Source: an uncultured bacterium (GTDB lineage Bacteria; Patescibacteriota; Minisyncoccia; Phycocordibacterales; CAIZLB01). From it: a stretch of DNA of 64,000 nt. This document shows, piece by piece, positions 27,953 to 38,569 of this stretch. Positions within the stretch are counted from its first letter, which is position 1. The number at the start of each line of letters is the position of its first letter. The stretch spans positions 423-64,422 of the forward strand of contig CAIJKW010000022.1 in NCBI GenBank assembly GCA_903821355.1. Direction: 5' to 3'. A program made the translations under genes and the position numbers. The notes beneath the pieces are model-generated. The model saw nothing but the letters and a program-made list of their open reading frames with translations. It did not search any database and was not told the DNA's origin.

Positions 27953-28008
27953 GAAATTTTAAGCAGGACTGTTATTTAAACACATAAGTGTAACCAATCA
28001 ATACAAAT

Positions 28009-28908
28009 ATGAACCCCATTTTCATCCAAAAAGCAGATGGAACCAGTGAAGAATTTGACATAGTGAAACTTAAGGAATCATTGGTTAAATCTGGTGCTCA
28101 ACCAACTGTTACAGACAAAATAATCAGAAAAATAACGGAAGACTTAAAGGCTAAGTCAGAAAAGATGGGCAAGAAAGCAGTTTGTGATGCTACCCAGATA
28201 TACAAACAAGCTTTTGCAATGCTAAAGAAGATGTCAATTTCTGCGGCGGCTAGATACTCGTTAAGAAGATCAATAATGGAAATAGGCCCAACGGGTTTTC
28301 CGTTTGAAGACTTTGTTGCGGAAATATTTAAAGCGCAAGGCTATCAAACATTAACAGATCAAATGGTTTTGGGAAAATGTGTTCCTCATGAAGTTGATGT
28401 AATAGCTTGGAATGAACAAAAGCTACTTATGGCGGAGGTTAAATATCATAACGAGTTAGCAGGCAAAACTGATTTAAAAGTTGCTTTATACGTTAAAGCA
28501 AGATTTGATGATTTATCACAAAACAAATATCAATATACGGAAGGAGTTCCCGCAAGAAAGTTAGATGAGGGATGGCTTGTCACAAACACAAAATTTACTG
28601 AATCGGCCATAAATTATGGTGAATGTAGCAAGATGAAACTATTAAGTTGGAATTATCCACAAGAGGGAAATCTTCTGGATTTAATAGAAAAAAACAAACT
28701 ACATCCCGTAACTTGTTTAACGTCCTTAACAGCACTAGACAAGAAATCTCTAATTGGAAGAAAAATTCTTTTATGTAAGGAGCTGTATGATAGCAAAAAA
28801 TCTATGAAAGAGTTGGGTATGTCAGAAGCTAAAATATTTAAAACTTATTCTGAAATTGGAACAATTTTTGGAGAATTAGATGGTGTCGAGGTAGCTTTGA
28901 ACTCTTAG
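28009..28908 (+). CDS. ATP-cone domain + restriction-endonuclease-like (PD-(D/E)xK) protein
   Basis: IQKADGTSEEFD..KL (ATP cone); GPTGFPFE, HEVDV...EVKYH, LVTNTKFT. Confidence 0.8.
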   Translation: MNPIFIQKADGTSEEFDIVKLKESLVKSGAQPTVTDKIIRKITEDLKAKSEKMGKKAVCDATQIYKQAFAMLKKMSISAAARYSLRRSIMEIGPTGFPFEDFVAEIFKAQGYQTLTDQMVLGKCVPHEVDVIAWNEQKLLMAEVKYHNELAGKTDLKVALYVKARFDDLSQNKYQYTEGVPARKLDEGWLVTNTKFTESAINYGECSKMKLLSWNYPQEGNLLDLIEKNKLHPVTCLTSLTALDKKSLIGRKILLCKELYDSKKSMKELGMSEAKIFKTYSEIGTIFGELDGVEVALNS

Positions 28909-28930
28909 AAAAATCTGATATCCTTAGCCC

Positions 28931-30763
28931 ATGACTAAAATCAATACTAAGGCTGTAAATCAGGTTAAAAAAAATAACGAAGCAAATAAGCTCTTCTTTA
29001 GAACAGGATGGGATTTTTCTGGGCTATATAAATCAGACACAGACCCTAAAATTGAGAAGGACGTGTCTATGATTGAAGAAAAATTCAAAGCTTTTGCTAA
29101 GAAATATTCTAATAAGAAATATCTAAATTCCACCAAAACTATTTTAAGTGCGCTAAAAGATTGGGAAAAGTTACAAGAAGAAGCTGGACTCGCTAAGCCT
29201 GTCTGGTATTTAGGTAGATTAAATGATCTTGATTCTTCAAATCAACAAAGAAAAGCTAAAACAAATTTGTTAAGTGCAAAAATAACCAAAGCAGGCAATG
29301 AGATTATATTTTTTACTCTATCCTTGTCCAAGCTGGATGTTAAGTTACAAAAACAAATTTTAGCAGACAAAAATTTTGCTCCATATAAATATTATTTGAA
29401 AAAGCTTTTTGACGAAGGAAAACACTTGCTTTCTGAACCTGAAGAAAAAATTATAAATCTTAAGAGTCAGATTACCTATAAGATGTGGGTTGATGCACAA
29501 AAAAAACTTTTAAATCAGCAAACTGTTAAATTTAAGGGTAAAGATTTGCCTATTGCAGAAGCGTTAGCAATGAGGCATCAGCTTGGTTATAAAGAAAGAC
29601 ATGAATTACACAACAAGGTGATACCAATTTTGAAGTCAATAAGCCACATGGCTGAAGCTGAAATTGTTGCCGTATATACAGACAAAAAGATAGAGGATGA
29701 GCTCCGAGGTTACAAGACGGCTTATCAATCAACGGTTGAAGCTTATGAAAATGATTTGGAAACTGTGGAGAATTTAGTTAAAGTCATAAACGCAAACATG
29801 AAGACATCACACAGATTCTTCAAGGCCAGAGCTAAATTACTTGGTTTAAAAAAATTAAGTACAGCTGACATGTATGCTCCAGCTGTTAAATCATCAGAGA
29901 AAAAAATAGATTTGTCAGAAATTTTAAATAAAACAATAGAAAGTTTTAATAAAATTAAACCAGAATATGGTGATTATGTTAGAAATTATGCAAAAAATGG
30001 CCAAATAGATTTTTTGCCAAAAAAAGGGAAGAGGGGCGGAGCATATTGTGCCAGCGCTCGTTCTATACCCACTTGTGTATTGATGAATGTTACCGGAAGT
30101 GTCGATGATATCTGTACGCTTTCTCATGAAATGGGCCACGCTATACATTCTGAATTAACAAAGACGCAACCTGTTTTGTATGATGGATGTACAATTTCTG
30201 TTGCAGAAGTAGCCAGTACTTTTTTTGAACAACTTGTGATTGATGATTTGATTGAAAATGCTGAAAATGACCAGGAGAGATTAAGGCTTCTTGATGAAAA
30301 AATGAAGGGCGATATAGGTACAATATTTAGACAGATTTCATACTTTAATTATGAATTAGCGTTGCATACAAAAATAAGAAAAGATGGTAGTGCATCAAAA
30401 GAAGAGATGGCCTCAATGTTCCTTGATGAATCAAAAAGATTCGCTGGGCCAGTTTTGTCACCGGCAGAAGATGATGGTTATGCTTTCATTTACATTCCTC
30501 ACCTTAGGTACTTCTTTTATGTTTATAGTTATGCCCTTGGCCAAATAATAAGTAGAGCTCTCGTTGCAAAGTATAAATCTGATAATAGCTTTATTGAAAA
30601 GGTAGAAGAGTTTCTAAAGGCCGGCCAGTCTATGTCACCAAGAGATATCTTCTTAAAAACAGGAATTGACATTGCTGATCCAAAGTTTATTCAGGCCGGC
30701 CTTGATGCTGTGGAGAAGGATGTTAAAAAATACGAAGAGGTGGTGAATAAATTGAAAAAGTAG
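28931..30763 (+). CDS. pepF: Oligoendopeptidase F (M3B)
   Basis: WDFSGLY, GKRGGAYC, TLSHEMGHAIH, AEVASTFFE, FYVYSY. Confidence 0.92.
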   Translation: MTKINTKAVNQVKKNNEANKLFFRTGWDFSGLYKSDTDPKIEKDVSMIEEKFKAFAKKYSNKKYLNSTKTILSALKDWEKLQEEAGLAKPVWYLGRLNDLDSSNQQRKAKTNLLSAKITKAGNEIIFFTLSLSKLDVKLQKQILADKNFAPYKYYLKKLFDEGKHLLSEPEEKIINLKSQITYKMWVDAQKKLLNQQTVKFKGKDLPIAEALAMRHQLGYKERHELHNKVIPILKSISHMAEAEIVAVYTDKKIEDELRGYKTAYQSTVEAYENDLETVENLVKVINANMKTSHRFFKARAKLLGLKKLSTADMYAPAVKSSEKKIDLSEILNKTIESFNKIKPEYGDYVRNYAKNGQIDFLPKKGKRGGAYCASARSIPTCVLMNVTGSVDDICTLSHEMGHAIHSELTKTQPVLYDGCTISVAEVASTFFEQLVIDDLIENAENDQERLRLLDEKMKGDIGTIFRQISYFNYELALHTKIRKDGSASKEEMASMFLDESKRFAGPVLSPAEDDGYAFIYIPHLRYFFYVYSYALGQIISRALVAKYKSDNSFIEKVEEFLKAGQSMSPRDIFLKTGIDIADPKFIQAGLDAVEKDVKKYEEVVNKLKK

Positions 30764-30786
30764 CCAATTATGCTATATTAGACAGC

Positions 30787-32607
30787 ATGAATTCTAAAGA
30801 AATACGCCAGAAGTACCTAGGTTTTTTTGAAAAAAGGGGTCACGCTATTTTACCAAGCACATCTCTTGTTCCAGAAAATGACCCCTCAGTTCTATTTAAC
30901 ACCGCGGGCATGCAACCACTCGTTCCACATCTTTTGGGTGAAAAGCATCCGCTTGGAAAGCGTCTTACAAGTATACAAAAGTGTGTCAGAACAATAGATC
31001 TTGAGTCTGTTGGTGACAACTCGCATGCTACTTTTTTTGAGATGATGGGCAACTGGTCACTTGGCGATTATTTCAAAAAGGAATCCATCAATTGGAGTTT
31101 TGAACTCCTTACATCCAAAGAAGGCTTTGGTCTCGATGCAAATAGACTATACGTAACTTGTTTTGAAGGTGATGAAAATGCACCAAAGGATGAAGAAAGT
31201 GCCGGTATTTGGAAAGAGATTTTTGATAAGAATGGTGTAAAAGGGAACAGAATATTTTTTATGTCTGCTGAAGATAATTGGTGGAGCGCAGGGGATAACA
31301 GCCCATGTGGTGCTGATACAGAGATTTTTTATGATCTAACAAATTCTCACAAAGAAGGTCTGACACATGAAGAATTTATTAAAGCCAATTCTGCCCAAGA
31401 ACTTGTTGAAATCTGGAACAATGTTTTCATGGAGTACGAGAAGAAAGATGGAAAGATTATTGGAAAGTTGGCAAATAAAAATGTTGACACAGGTGCTGGT
31501 TTTGAGAGATTCGCCATGGTTTTGAATGGCAAAGATAACTTCTACGATACAGATCTTTTTGATGAAATTTTTTCAAAAATTGAAGAACAAAAAACTGAAT
31601 TATCAGTGAATTCAGCTTTGAGCGAAAAAGAAGCTCTTCGTGTAAAAAGAATTATTGCAGATCATATAAGAACGTCTGTTATGCTTATTTCAGATGGAGT
31701 AACTCCTTCAAACACTGATCAAGGTTATATTCTAAGAAGATTATTGAGACGCGCTGTTAGATTTGCAGATAATTTGGGACTTAAAAAAGGTTCTTTGTTC
31801 TGGATAGCGGACGCTGTTGTAAGCACGTATGCTGATATTTATGAAAATGTTGCAAAACAAAGAGAAACTATCAAGGTTACAATAGATACTGAAGAGCAAA
31901 AATTTAGGAACACTCTTTCTCATGGACTGAAAGAATTTGATAGAATCGTTAAAAAAATGGAAGGTGATACGATAAGCGGAAAAGATGCTTTTGTGTTATT
32001 TAGTACCTATGGTTTTCCAATTGAAATGACAATAGAGATGGCAGGAGAAATCGAGAAAAAAATAGACAGAGAAGACTTTGACGAAGAAATGAAGAAGCAC
32101 CAGGATCTATCAAGATCGGGTGCTGGGCAAAAATTTAAGGGTGGAATGGGGGACACGAGTGATATATCGATTAAATACCATACAGCTACTCATCTTTTGC
32201 ATCAGGCACTAAGAGAAGTTCTTGGAACTCACGTCTCACAAAAGGGAAGTAATATTACTCCAGATAGACTGCGTTTTGATTTTGCTCATACGGCAAAAAT
32301 GACCGATGAAGAAAAACAGCGCGTTGAAGATATCGTAAATAAAAAAATTGAGGAATCTTTGCCTGTTAATGTCGTAGAATTGCCATTTGCTGAAGCTGAA
32401 AAAACTGGTGCCCTTCACTTCTTTGGTGAAAAGTATGGAGATAAGGTGACCCTTTATTATATTGGCGATACAATCGATGAGGCATTTTCTAAAGAATTTT
32501 GTGGAGGTCCGCACGTAAAAAATACATCAGAACTTGGTCACTTTAAAATTCAAAAGGAAGAGGCGGTAGCACAAGGGGTGAGACGTATAAAGGCGGTCCT
32601 ATCCTAG
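30787..32607 (+). CDS. alaS: Alanine--tRNA ligase (short form, no C-Ala domain)
   Basis: LFNTAGMQP, FFEMMGNWS, DTGAGFER, editing HTATH and CGGPH; ends at GVRRIKAV. Confidence 0.97.
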   Translation: MNSKEIRQKYLGFFEKRGHAILPSTSLVPENDPSVLFNTAGMQPLVPHLLGEKHPLGKRLTSIQKCVRTIDLESVGDNSHATFFEMMGNWSLGDYFKKESINWSFELLTSKEGFGLDANRLYVTCFEGDENAPKDEESAGIWKEIFDKNGVKGNRIFFMSAEDNWWSAGDNSPCGADTEIFYDLTNSHKEGLTHEEFIKANSAQELVEIWNNVFMEYEKKDGKIIGKLANKNVDTGAGFERFAMVLNGKDNFYDTDLFDEIFSKIEEQKTELSVNSALSEKEALRVKRIIADHIRTSVMLISDGVTPSNTDQGYILRRLLRRAVRFADNLGLKKGSLFWIADAVVSTYADIYENVAKQRETIKVTIDTEEQKFRNTLSHGLKEFDRIVKKMEGDTISGKDAFVLFSTYGFPIEMTIEMAGEIEKKIDREDFDEEMKKHQDLSRSGAGQKFKGGMGDTSDISIKYHTATHLLHQALREVLGTHVSQKGSNITPDRLRFDFAHTAKMTDEEKQRVEDIVNKKIEESLPVNVVELPFAEAEKTGALHFFGEKYGDKVTLYYIGDTIDEAFSKEFCGGPHVKNTSELGHFKIQKEEAVAQGVRRIKAVLS

Positions 32608-32738
32608 AGTCACTCTTGAAACTTTTGTTTTTCATTTATGTATTTGTATTTCTTTCTATATTTTTGGAATTAATGAATATGTATATTATCTGGATCTCGT
32701 GTATACATTTTCTAAAAATCTTTGCTATAATATCACTA

Positions 32739-33950
32739 ATGAAATCTAACACATCTATAATTGCCTATGTCGGAAACGGAGTTGTTAAAGGTGGTTTGGT
32801 TTATCATGAAAAAGGTAAAAACCCAATCGTCCTGTCTGCCAGAAAAAGAGATTTAAAATATTACGACGAAAGAGACAGGGACCACATAGAAACTCTTATA
32901 TTGTCGGAGTTTGAGACTTTGATGAAAGAAATTAAGACAGAAGATTTTCCAAAACTACACAATAAAAAATGTGGGAAGCCTGATAGCGCTCTAATAATTT
33001 TGGCTTCTCCTTGGTATTTATCGGAGACAAACACTATTAAAATGCAAGAATCCAAGCCTTTTTTGGTAACAGAAGATTTGATGAATAAGGCGACATCTAA
33101 CATTATAAAAGCTTATAAAGGTGAGAGAGATAATATAACTGTTCTAGAACAAAATTTCTTATCTGTGGTTGTGAATGGTTATAATATTTCAAATCCTATT
33201 GGCAAGAAGGTTAAAGATCTTGATGTAAATGTTTTTACGAGTTATGCAAGGGCCGATTCTATTAAAAAGATTGAGGATATTGTTAGTAGTAATTTCCACA
33301 TGCACAATATTCATATTCACTCTCAGTCCCTTGTATCATTTTCAGCAATTAATGATTTGTACACAGATCTTAAAGATTATACTGTCATAGATATAACGTC
33401 TGTTCTTACTGAGGTTTTGATTGTGAAAGAAAACATCCTTAGAGATACAGCCTCTTTTCCTCTCGGAAGATATTCTCTAATGCAAAGCGTATCAGAAACG
33501 ATAAATCCAAAACCTGCCGATTCTACCCCAGATGGATCAAACCCAACATTATTATCACTTGATGCAACTGAATCATTAATTGAATCGTATGCAAATAATA
33601 AATTAGAGCCTGAACTAGGACAAAGAGTCGGCTCCGCAATAAAAATAGCTGAGAAAGACTGGCTAAATAGTTTTTCTTCCGTTTTAAGGCAAATTACAGT
33701 TAATGGGGCTTTGCCTAAGGATGTATTTTTGTTTGCAAAATATGATATTGCCAATATTTTTAAACAGTTTATTGAAAATGAGGAGTATCAACAATTTGCC
33801 TTAACATCGGGAAAATTTGACATAAAAATTGTAAGTCCAAAAGACGCATCTTCTGTTTGTGATATAGACAAGGACGCAAATACAGACCAAGACCTAGATA
33901 TTTCAATCGTTATAGGTGCACTTTTCAACAACAAAAAATTATTTGCTTAA
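32739..33950 (+). CDS. Degenerate FtsA/actin-like fold protein
   Basis: N-terminal beta strands IIAYVGNGVVKGGLV, second phosphate-loop-like VIDITSVLTEV, and VNGY...PIG as in FtsA. ATG 32739 follows TG-c-TATAAT. Confidence 0.55.
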   Translation: MKSNTSIIAYVGNGVVKGGLVYHEKGKNPIVLSARKRDLKYYDERDRDHIETLILSEFETLMKEIKTEDFPKLHNKKCGKPDSALIILASPWYLSETNTIKMQESKPFLVTEDLMNKATSNIIKAYKGERDNITVLEQNFLSVVVNGYNISNPIGKKVKDLDVNVFTSYARADSIKKIEDIVSSNFHMHNIHIHSQSLVSFSAINDLYTDLKDYTVIDITSVLTEVLIVKENILRDTASFPLGRYSLMQSVSETINPKPADSTPDGSNPTLLSLDATESLIESYANNKLEPELGQRVGSAIKIAEKDWLNSFSSVLRQITVNGALPKDVFLFAKYDIANIFKQFIENEEYQQFALTSGKFDIKIVSPKDASSVCDIDKDANTDQDLDISIVIGALFNNKKLFA

Positions 33951-33982
33951 AAATCAATTGAGTTTCGTGTTATATTTATATT

Positions 33983-35557
33983 ATGACCAAGAAATCTAAA
34001 TTTTACGATATAGTCCCTAAGGAAAGTAAATCAATACGCAATATTCCTATTCCAGAAAAAGGAAAGGCCGATGATGAAGGATACATAGAATCTAACGAAT
34101 TGCATCAAGGGGTTGAGATGAGTAGAAAAAACAGGCATTCTGCAAGCAAGGACTCTTTGAACAAAAATGCTGTTAAGAAGCACAATCATGAGGAATCATC
34201 TAGTGTCGAAATTAAGAAGCTGGAGAGACCTATAACTAATGTTAATGAATATAATGAAGATGAGTATATTGAAATTATAGACCATAAGACTTCAGATGAT
34301 GATATTGTTGAAGAAGTTCACATGCTTGGAGAAAATAAGGAACAAATAGAGAAGACTAAAATTCCTGCTTTAGCTGAAACCGAAAATGAAGATTTTAGCG
34401 ATTATACAAAAAACACCATAAACAATGGTCGTGATAGAAAGTATTTCTTTACGGGATTTTTTCGTGGTTCATATAAGTTACCTATATTGATTTTTATAAT
34501 TCTAATTGTGTGTTTTTTCGGTTTAACATTATTTAGTTCTGCAACCGTTATTATTAAGACTGAAGACCTTAAGGCTTCTTTGGGCTCCGGATATAATTTT
34601 GATGCAGGCGATGGGGAAGTTTTGCAATCCACTTCATCGGATTCAATAAGTACTGATGCAAACGGAACTGTTAAACTAAATAAAAAATCAACCGGAACTG
34701 TGGTTATTTTCAACAACACAAGCGCAAGCCAAAAACTTACAAAAGGAACAAGAATGCAGACACCTGCTGGTTTAGTTTACTTACTTGATGCCGCCGTCAC
34801 TGTGCCAGCTAAAAAAACAGTGGCCAAAAAAGCTGTTTTAGGTAGTGTCACAACAACAGTTACAGCTGAGGCTGTTGGCGATAAATACAATTCTGGCCCA
34901 AAGGACTTTACGTTTGTCGGATTCAAGGGCACTGCTAAGTTTGATACTATATATGGTAGATCAAAAGGAAATCTTGCTGGTGGATTTTCAGGTGATGTTC
35001 CTAATATTTCTCAAAAGGATCTTGCAAGCCAAATCGCTGATGCTAAGGATAAAATGAAGGACACCTTACTTTCCTTATTAAAAAAACAGGCTGATTCTAG
35101 ATATTTGATTATTAATAATGATACTCTTCAATATAAAATAATAAATTCAGAAACTAGACTTTCTGATGATAAAAAACAGGCAGTGGTGAAAATTGACGGA
35201 TCCCTTCAAGCTGAAACCCTATTAAATGCTTCCATGACTGATGCTTCTAAGACCATCTTGGGTGCAGAAGATGTAAATGGCTTTAAATATGAAGTTAATT
35301 TATCATCAAGTACTATAGATATATCTAATTCAACATCTACTGGTAACGGACAAATAACGGCTACAGGAGATGTTCAGGTTGGAGTATCTGTAAATAAGGA
35401 CGAATTGGCAAAAAGCTTACAAAATAAAGGCAAAAAAGAGGCTTTAGCCCTACTTCAACAAACTAAAGGAATAACTTATGCTCAAATTAAGATTTTTCCT
35501 TTCTGGAAGACGGCTCTACCAAAGGCGAAGGGGATAACTATACTTGTGCAAGATTAA
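33983..35557 (+). CDS. Single-TM protein with a baseplate-J-like extracytoplasmic domain
   Basis: Acidic disordered N-terminus, TM, then GTVVIFN...LTKGTR...VTVPA...VTAEAVGDKYN...LAGG, resembling Baseplate_J/gp47. Confidence 0.55.
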   Translation: MTKKSKFYDIVPKESKSIRNIPIPEKGKADDEGYIESNELHQGVEMSRKNRHSASKDSLNKNAVKKHNHEESSSVEIKKLERPITNVNEYNEDEYIEIIDHKTSDDDIVEEVHMLGENKEQIEKTKIPALAETENEDFSDYTKNTINNGRDRKYFFTGFFRGSYKLPILIFIILIVCFFGLTLFSSATVIIKTEDLKASLGSGYNFDAGDGEVLQSTSSDSISTDANGTVKLNKKSTGTVVIFNNTSASQKLTKGTRMQTPAGLVYLLDAAVTVPAKKTVAKKAVLGSVTTTVTAEAVGDKYNSGPKDFTFVGFKGTAKFDTIYGRSKGNLAGGFSGDVPNISQKDLASQIADAKDKMKDTLLSLLKKQADSRYLIINNDTLQYKIINSETRLSDDKKQAVVKIDGSLQAETLLNASMTDASKTILGAEDVNGFKYEVNLSSSTIDISNSTSTGNGQITATGDVQVGVSVNKDELAKSLQNKGKKEALALLQQTKGITYAQIKIFPFWKTALPKAKGITILVQD

Positions 35558-35585
35558 ATATCGTGCTAGTCTAATGCTTATACAA

Positions 35586-35807
35586 ATGGATGCATCAAAA
35601 CAAGGCAAGAAGCTGTTCCAAGGAATCGTCACAGAATCATTACCTGATACACATTTCAGAGTAAAGTTATTGGACGAGGACAAGGAAATAATGACGTATC
35701 TTGGCGGTAAAATGAAAATCAATAGAATCCGTATATTTATCGGAGATAAGGTAACTGTCGAGATAGATCAATACGGAGGAAAGGGTAGAATTGTCCGCCG
35801 AATGTAA
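35586..35807 (+). CDS. infA: Translation initiation factor IF-1
   Basis: GIVTESLP...FRVKL, GKMKINRIRI..GDKV..GRI. Confidence 0.95.
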   Translation: MDASKQGKKLFQGIVTESLPDTHFRVKLLDEDKEIMTYLGGKMKINRIRIFIGDKVTVEIDQYGGKGRIVRRM

Positions 35808-35921
35808 CAAAATAATGTAAACCGGGAGGAGCGACCCGCACGTGTATTATCGTGTATATAATAAAGCTTTACATTATTTTGGAATTATAGTAGTATCGTT
35901 TTCACGACTTTAAATAATAAT

Positions 35922-36038
35922 ATGAAAGTAAAAGCATCCGTCAAAAAGCGTTGTGTAAAGTGTAGAACCGTCAGAAGAGACGGTGTTGTGCGTGTAATTT
36001 GCCCAGCAAACGCTAGACACAAGCAAAGACAGGGCTAA
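35922..36038 (+). CDS. rpmJ: 50S ribosomal protein L36 (missed by ORF track)
   Basis: [38 protein letters not shown]. Confidence 0.97.
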   Translation: MKVKASVKKRCVKCRTVRRDGVVRVICPANARHKQRQG

Positions 36039-36061
36039 GGTTTCGGTAATCATAAAAATAT

Positions 36062-36439
36062 ATGCGTATCCTTGGTATAACTATTCCCGAAGAAAAAAGA
36101 ATTGAAATGGCCTTAACGGCGATATTTGGTATTGGCCGTGCAAGAGCTCATAAAATTTTAGATGAGGCTGGTGTTGAATTTGGTAAAAAGCCAAAAGATT
36201 TAACTGCTGATGAAGAAGGTAAAATTCGTCAAATTATTGAATCATTCAAGCTAGAAGCTGATCTAAAGCGTGAGGTTGGTGCAAACATCAAGAGACTTAA
36301 GGATATTAAGTCTTACAGAGGATTGCGTCACTCTCGTAGATTGCCTGCGCGTGGTCAGCGTACAAAGACAAATGCCAGAACTCTTAAGGGTCCTAAGAAG
36401 ACTATGGGTTCAGGTAAGAAGAAAGAGTCTAAGAAATAA
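36062..36439 (+). CDS. rpsM: 30S ribosomal protein S13
   Basis: ALTAIFGIG, YRGLRH..RLPARGQRTKTNART. Confidence 0.98.
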   Translation: MRILGITIPEEKRIEMALTAIFGIGRARAHKILDEAGVEFGKKPKDLTADEEGKIRQIIESFKLEADLKREVGANIKRLKDIKSYRGLRHSRRLPARGQRTKTNARTLKGPKKTMGSGKKKESKK

Positions 36440-36457
36440 TTTTAATTTATAATCAAT

Positions 36458-36883
36458 ATGGGAAAGAAGAGAATTGTAACAGCCGGAAAGAATTCTGAAG
36501 GCGCAAAAAAGACATCGACAGCTTCATCAAAAAAGAAGATGGATTCTGGTATCCTTTGTATTCAGTCAACTTACAATAACACAAAAGTTATTTTAACTGA
36601 CGTTAAGGGTAATGCGGTAGCTTGGTCATCATCGGGTTCACTTGGTTTTAAAGGTGCAAAAAAGGGTACTCCTTTTGCAGCTGCAAAAGTTGGTGAGCTT
36701 CTAGCTGATAAGGCAATAGCAATGGGAGTCAAAGAAGTATCGGCTGTGGTTAAGGGTGTTGGTTCAGGTAGAGAATCAGCAATTAGAGCATTTATTAGTA
36801 AAGGAATCAGTATATCTTCTGTAAAAGATGCCACTGGTGTTCCTTTTAATGGCCCTAAAGCAAAAAAGCCAAGACGTGTATAG
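36458..36883 (+). CDS. rpsK: 30S ribosomal protein S11
   Basis: STYNNT, GFKGAKKGTPFAA, GSGRESAIR. Confidence 0.98.
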   Translation: MGKKRIVTAGKNSEGAKKTSTASSKKKMDSGILCIQSTYNNTKVILTDVKGNAVAWSSSGSLGFKGAKKGTPFAAAKVGELLADKAIAMGVKEVSAVVKGVGSGRESAIRAFISKGISISSVKDATGVPFNGPKAKKPRRV

Positions 36884-36904
36884 TCTTTAAATAAAGATAA
36901 AACT

Positions 36905-37516
36905 ATGATAACAGGACCAAAATACAAAATAGCGAGAAGACTGGGAGCGCCCATCTTTGAAAAAACACAGACAGCAAAGTTTAAGGCTAGAGCTGAGCGT
37001 GATTTTGCTTCAAAGAAAAAGAGAGGAGGCCCTAGAAGTGACTACGGAAAGCAATTGATTGAGAAGCAAAAAGCAAGATTTACTTACGGTATTTCTGAAA
37101 AACAATTTTCAAATTACGTTAATAAGGTTATTGAGTCAAAATCAACAATCCCTACCGTAAAAATCTTTGAGGCACTAGAGACAAGACTTGATAATGTAAT
37201 CTACAGACTGGGACTTGTTCCTACAAGAAGATTTGCAAGACAAGCTGCATCTCATGGACACATACTTGTGAACGGAAGACGTTTAACTATTCCTTCATAC
37301 GTGGTTAAAATAGGAGATCAAATTTCAGTAAGAGAAGGTAGTAAGAATAATGGTATTTTTTCTAATATTGATGAAATAATCAAGACAAAAGAAACACCAG
37401 CATGGCTTACATGGAACTCAGAAAAGCGAACGGCATCAGTACTTAAAATGCCAAGTATTGAAGGCCAAGATTTACTGTTTGACCTTGGTACAGTGATTGA
37501 ATTTTATAAAAAGTAG
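36905..37516 (+). CDS. rpsD: 30S ribosomal protein S4
   Basis: SDYGKQLIEKQK, LETRLDNVIYRLG, ARQ..SHGHILVNG. Confidence 0.98.
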   Translation: MITGPKYKIARRLGAPIFEKTQTAKFKARAERDFASKKKRGGPRSDYGKQLIEKQKARFTYGISEKQFSNYVNKVIESKSTIPTVKIFEALETRLDNVIYRLGLVPTRRFARQAASHGHILVNGRRLTIPSYVVKIGDQISVREGSKNNGIFSNIDEIIKTKETPAWLTWNSEKRTASVLKMPSIEGQDLLFDLGTVIEFYKK

Positions 37517-37536
37517 TATTTAATTTTAAAAACACC

Positions 37537-38523
37537 ATGACCGAGACAAATATTGTATTACCATCAAAACCAAAGATTATAGAAGAAACCTCAACAAAGG
37601 GAACTTATGAGATAGAGGGTCTTTATCCTGGATATGGACATACTCTTGGAAACTCTTTGAGACGTATAATTCTTTCATCACTAACTGGCGCTGCAATAAC
37701 AAAAGTTAAAATTGCAGGTGTTCCTCATGAATTTTCTACAATTGATGGTGTTAAAGAAGATGTGATAAACATCATTCTTAATCTTAAGAAAGTTAGATTC
37801 TCTCTAACAACTGATGAGCCACAAGTTGTGAATATAAAAATTAGAGGAGAAAACGTGGTTAAAGCAGGAGATATTAAGCTATCAGGTCAAGTTATTTTGG
37901 CAAATCCTGAGCTTCATTTGTTCACAATAACACACAAGGATACAGAGGTAGACATGGAAATCACAATAGAACAAGGTGTTGGTTACGTTAGAAAAGAAGA
38001 AATAGAAAAAGAAAGAGTAGAAATTGGTGCAATTGCACTGGATGCCGCTTTTTCTCCAATAATCTCTGCAAACTACGATGTAGAAGAAATGCGTGTTGGA
38101 GACAGAACTGACTTCAATAAACTGACTTTGATGATACAAACTGACGGAACTCTATCTCCTCATGAGGCGTTAGAGAAATCAATTGAAATAATGATTAATC
38201 AATTAAGAGCAATTGTTGGTTTCAAGGAAGATAAAATTGAAGTTGCTGCTCATAATAAAGAGAAGGAAGTTGCTGAAGAATCTTCAAAGGTTTCAACTTT
38301 GGAGGATAAAGAGGCACTAGACGATGCGCTAAAGACTCGTATAGAATCAATAAACCTTTCACAAAGAACAACAAACGCTCTTGTGAACGCAAATATTAGA
38401 ACTATCGGAGGACTTATTCGTAAAAAAGAAAAAGACATTCTTGATATTGAAGGACTAGGAAACAAGGGGTTAGAAGAAATAAAAGGACTACTTGAGTCAC
38501 TAGGTCTATCACTTAAAGAATAA
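37537..38523 (+). CDS. rpoA: RNA polymerase alpha subunit
   Basis: GYGHTLGNSLRRIILSS, HEFSTIDGVKED, alpha-CTD. Confidence 0.98.
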   Translation: MTETNIVLPSKPKIIEETSTKGTYEIEGLYPGYGHTLGNSLRRIILSSLTGAAITKVKIAGVPHEFSTIDGVKEDVINIILNLKKVRFSLTTDEPQVVNIKIRGENVVKAGDIKLSGQVILANPELHLFTITHKDTEVDMEITIEQGVGYVRKEEIEKERVEIGAIALDAAFSPIISANYDVEEMRVGDRTDFNKLTLMIQTDGTLSPHEALEKSIEIMINQLRAIVGFKEDKIEVAAHNKEKEVAEESSKVSTLEDKEALDDALKTRIESINLSQRTTNALVNANIRTIGGLIRKKEKDILDIEGLGNKGLEEIKGLLESLGLSLKE

Positions 38524-38569
38524 GTGTAGGATTGAAATTAATTAATTATTAAGAAATAAAAGAAAAGCC

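Noticed and set aside
33983-35557. Prophage (baseplate gene)
   Set aside because: No other phage structural, terminase or integrase genes. The protein is membrane-anchored and sits among core genes.
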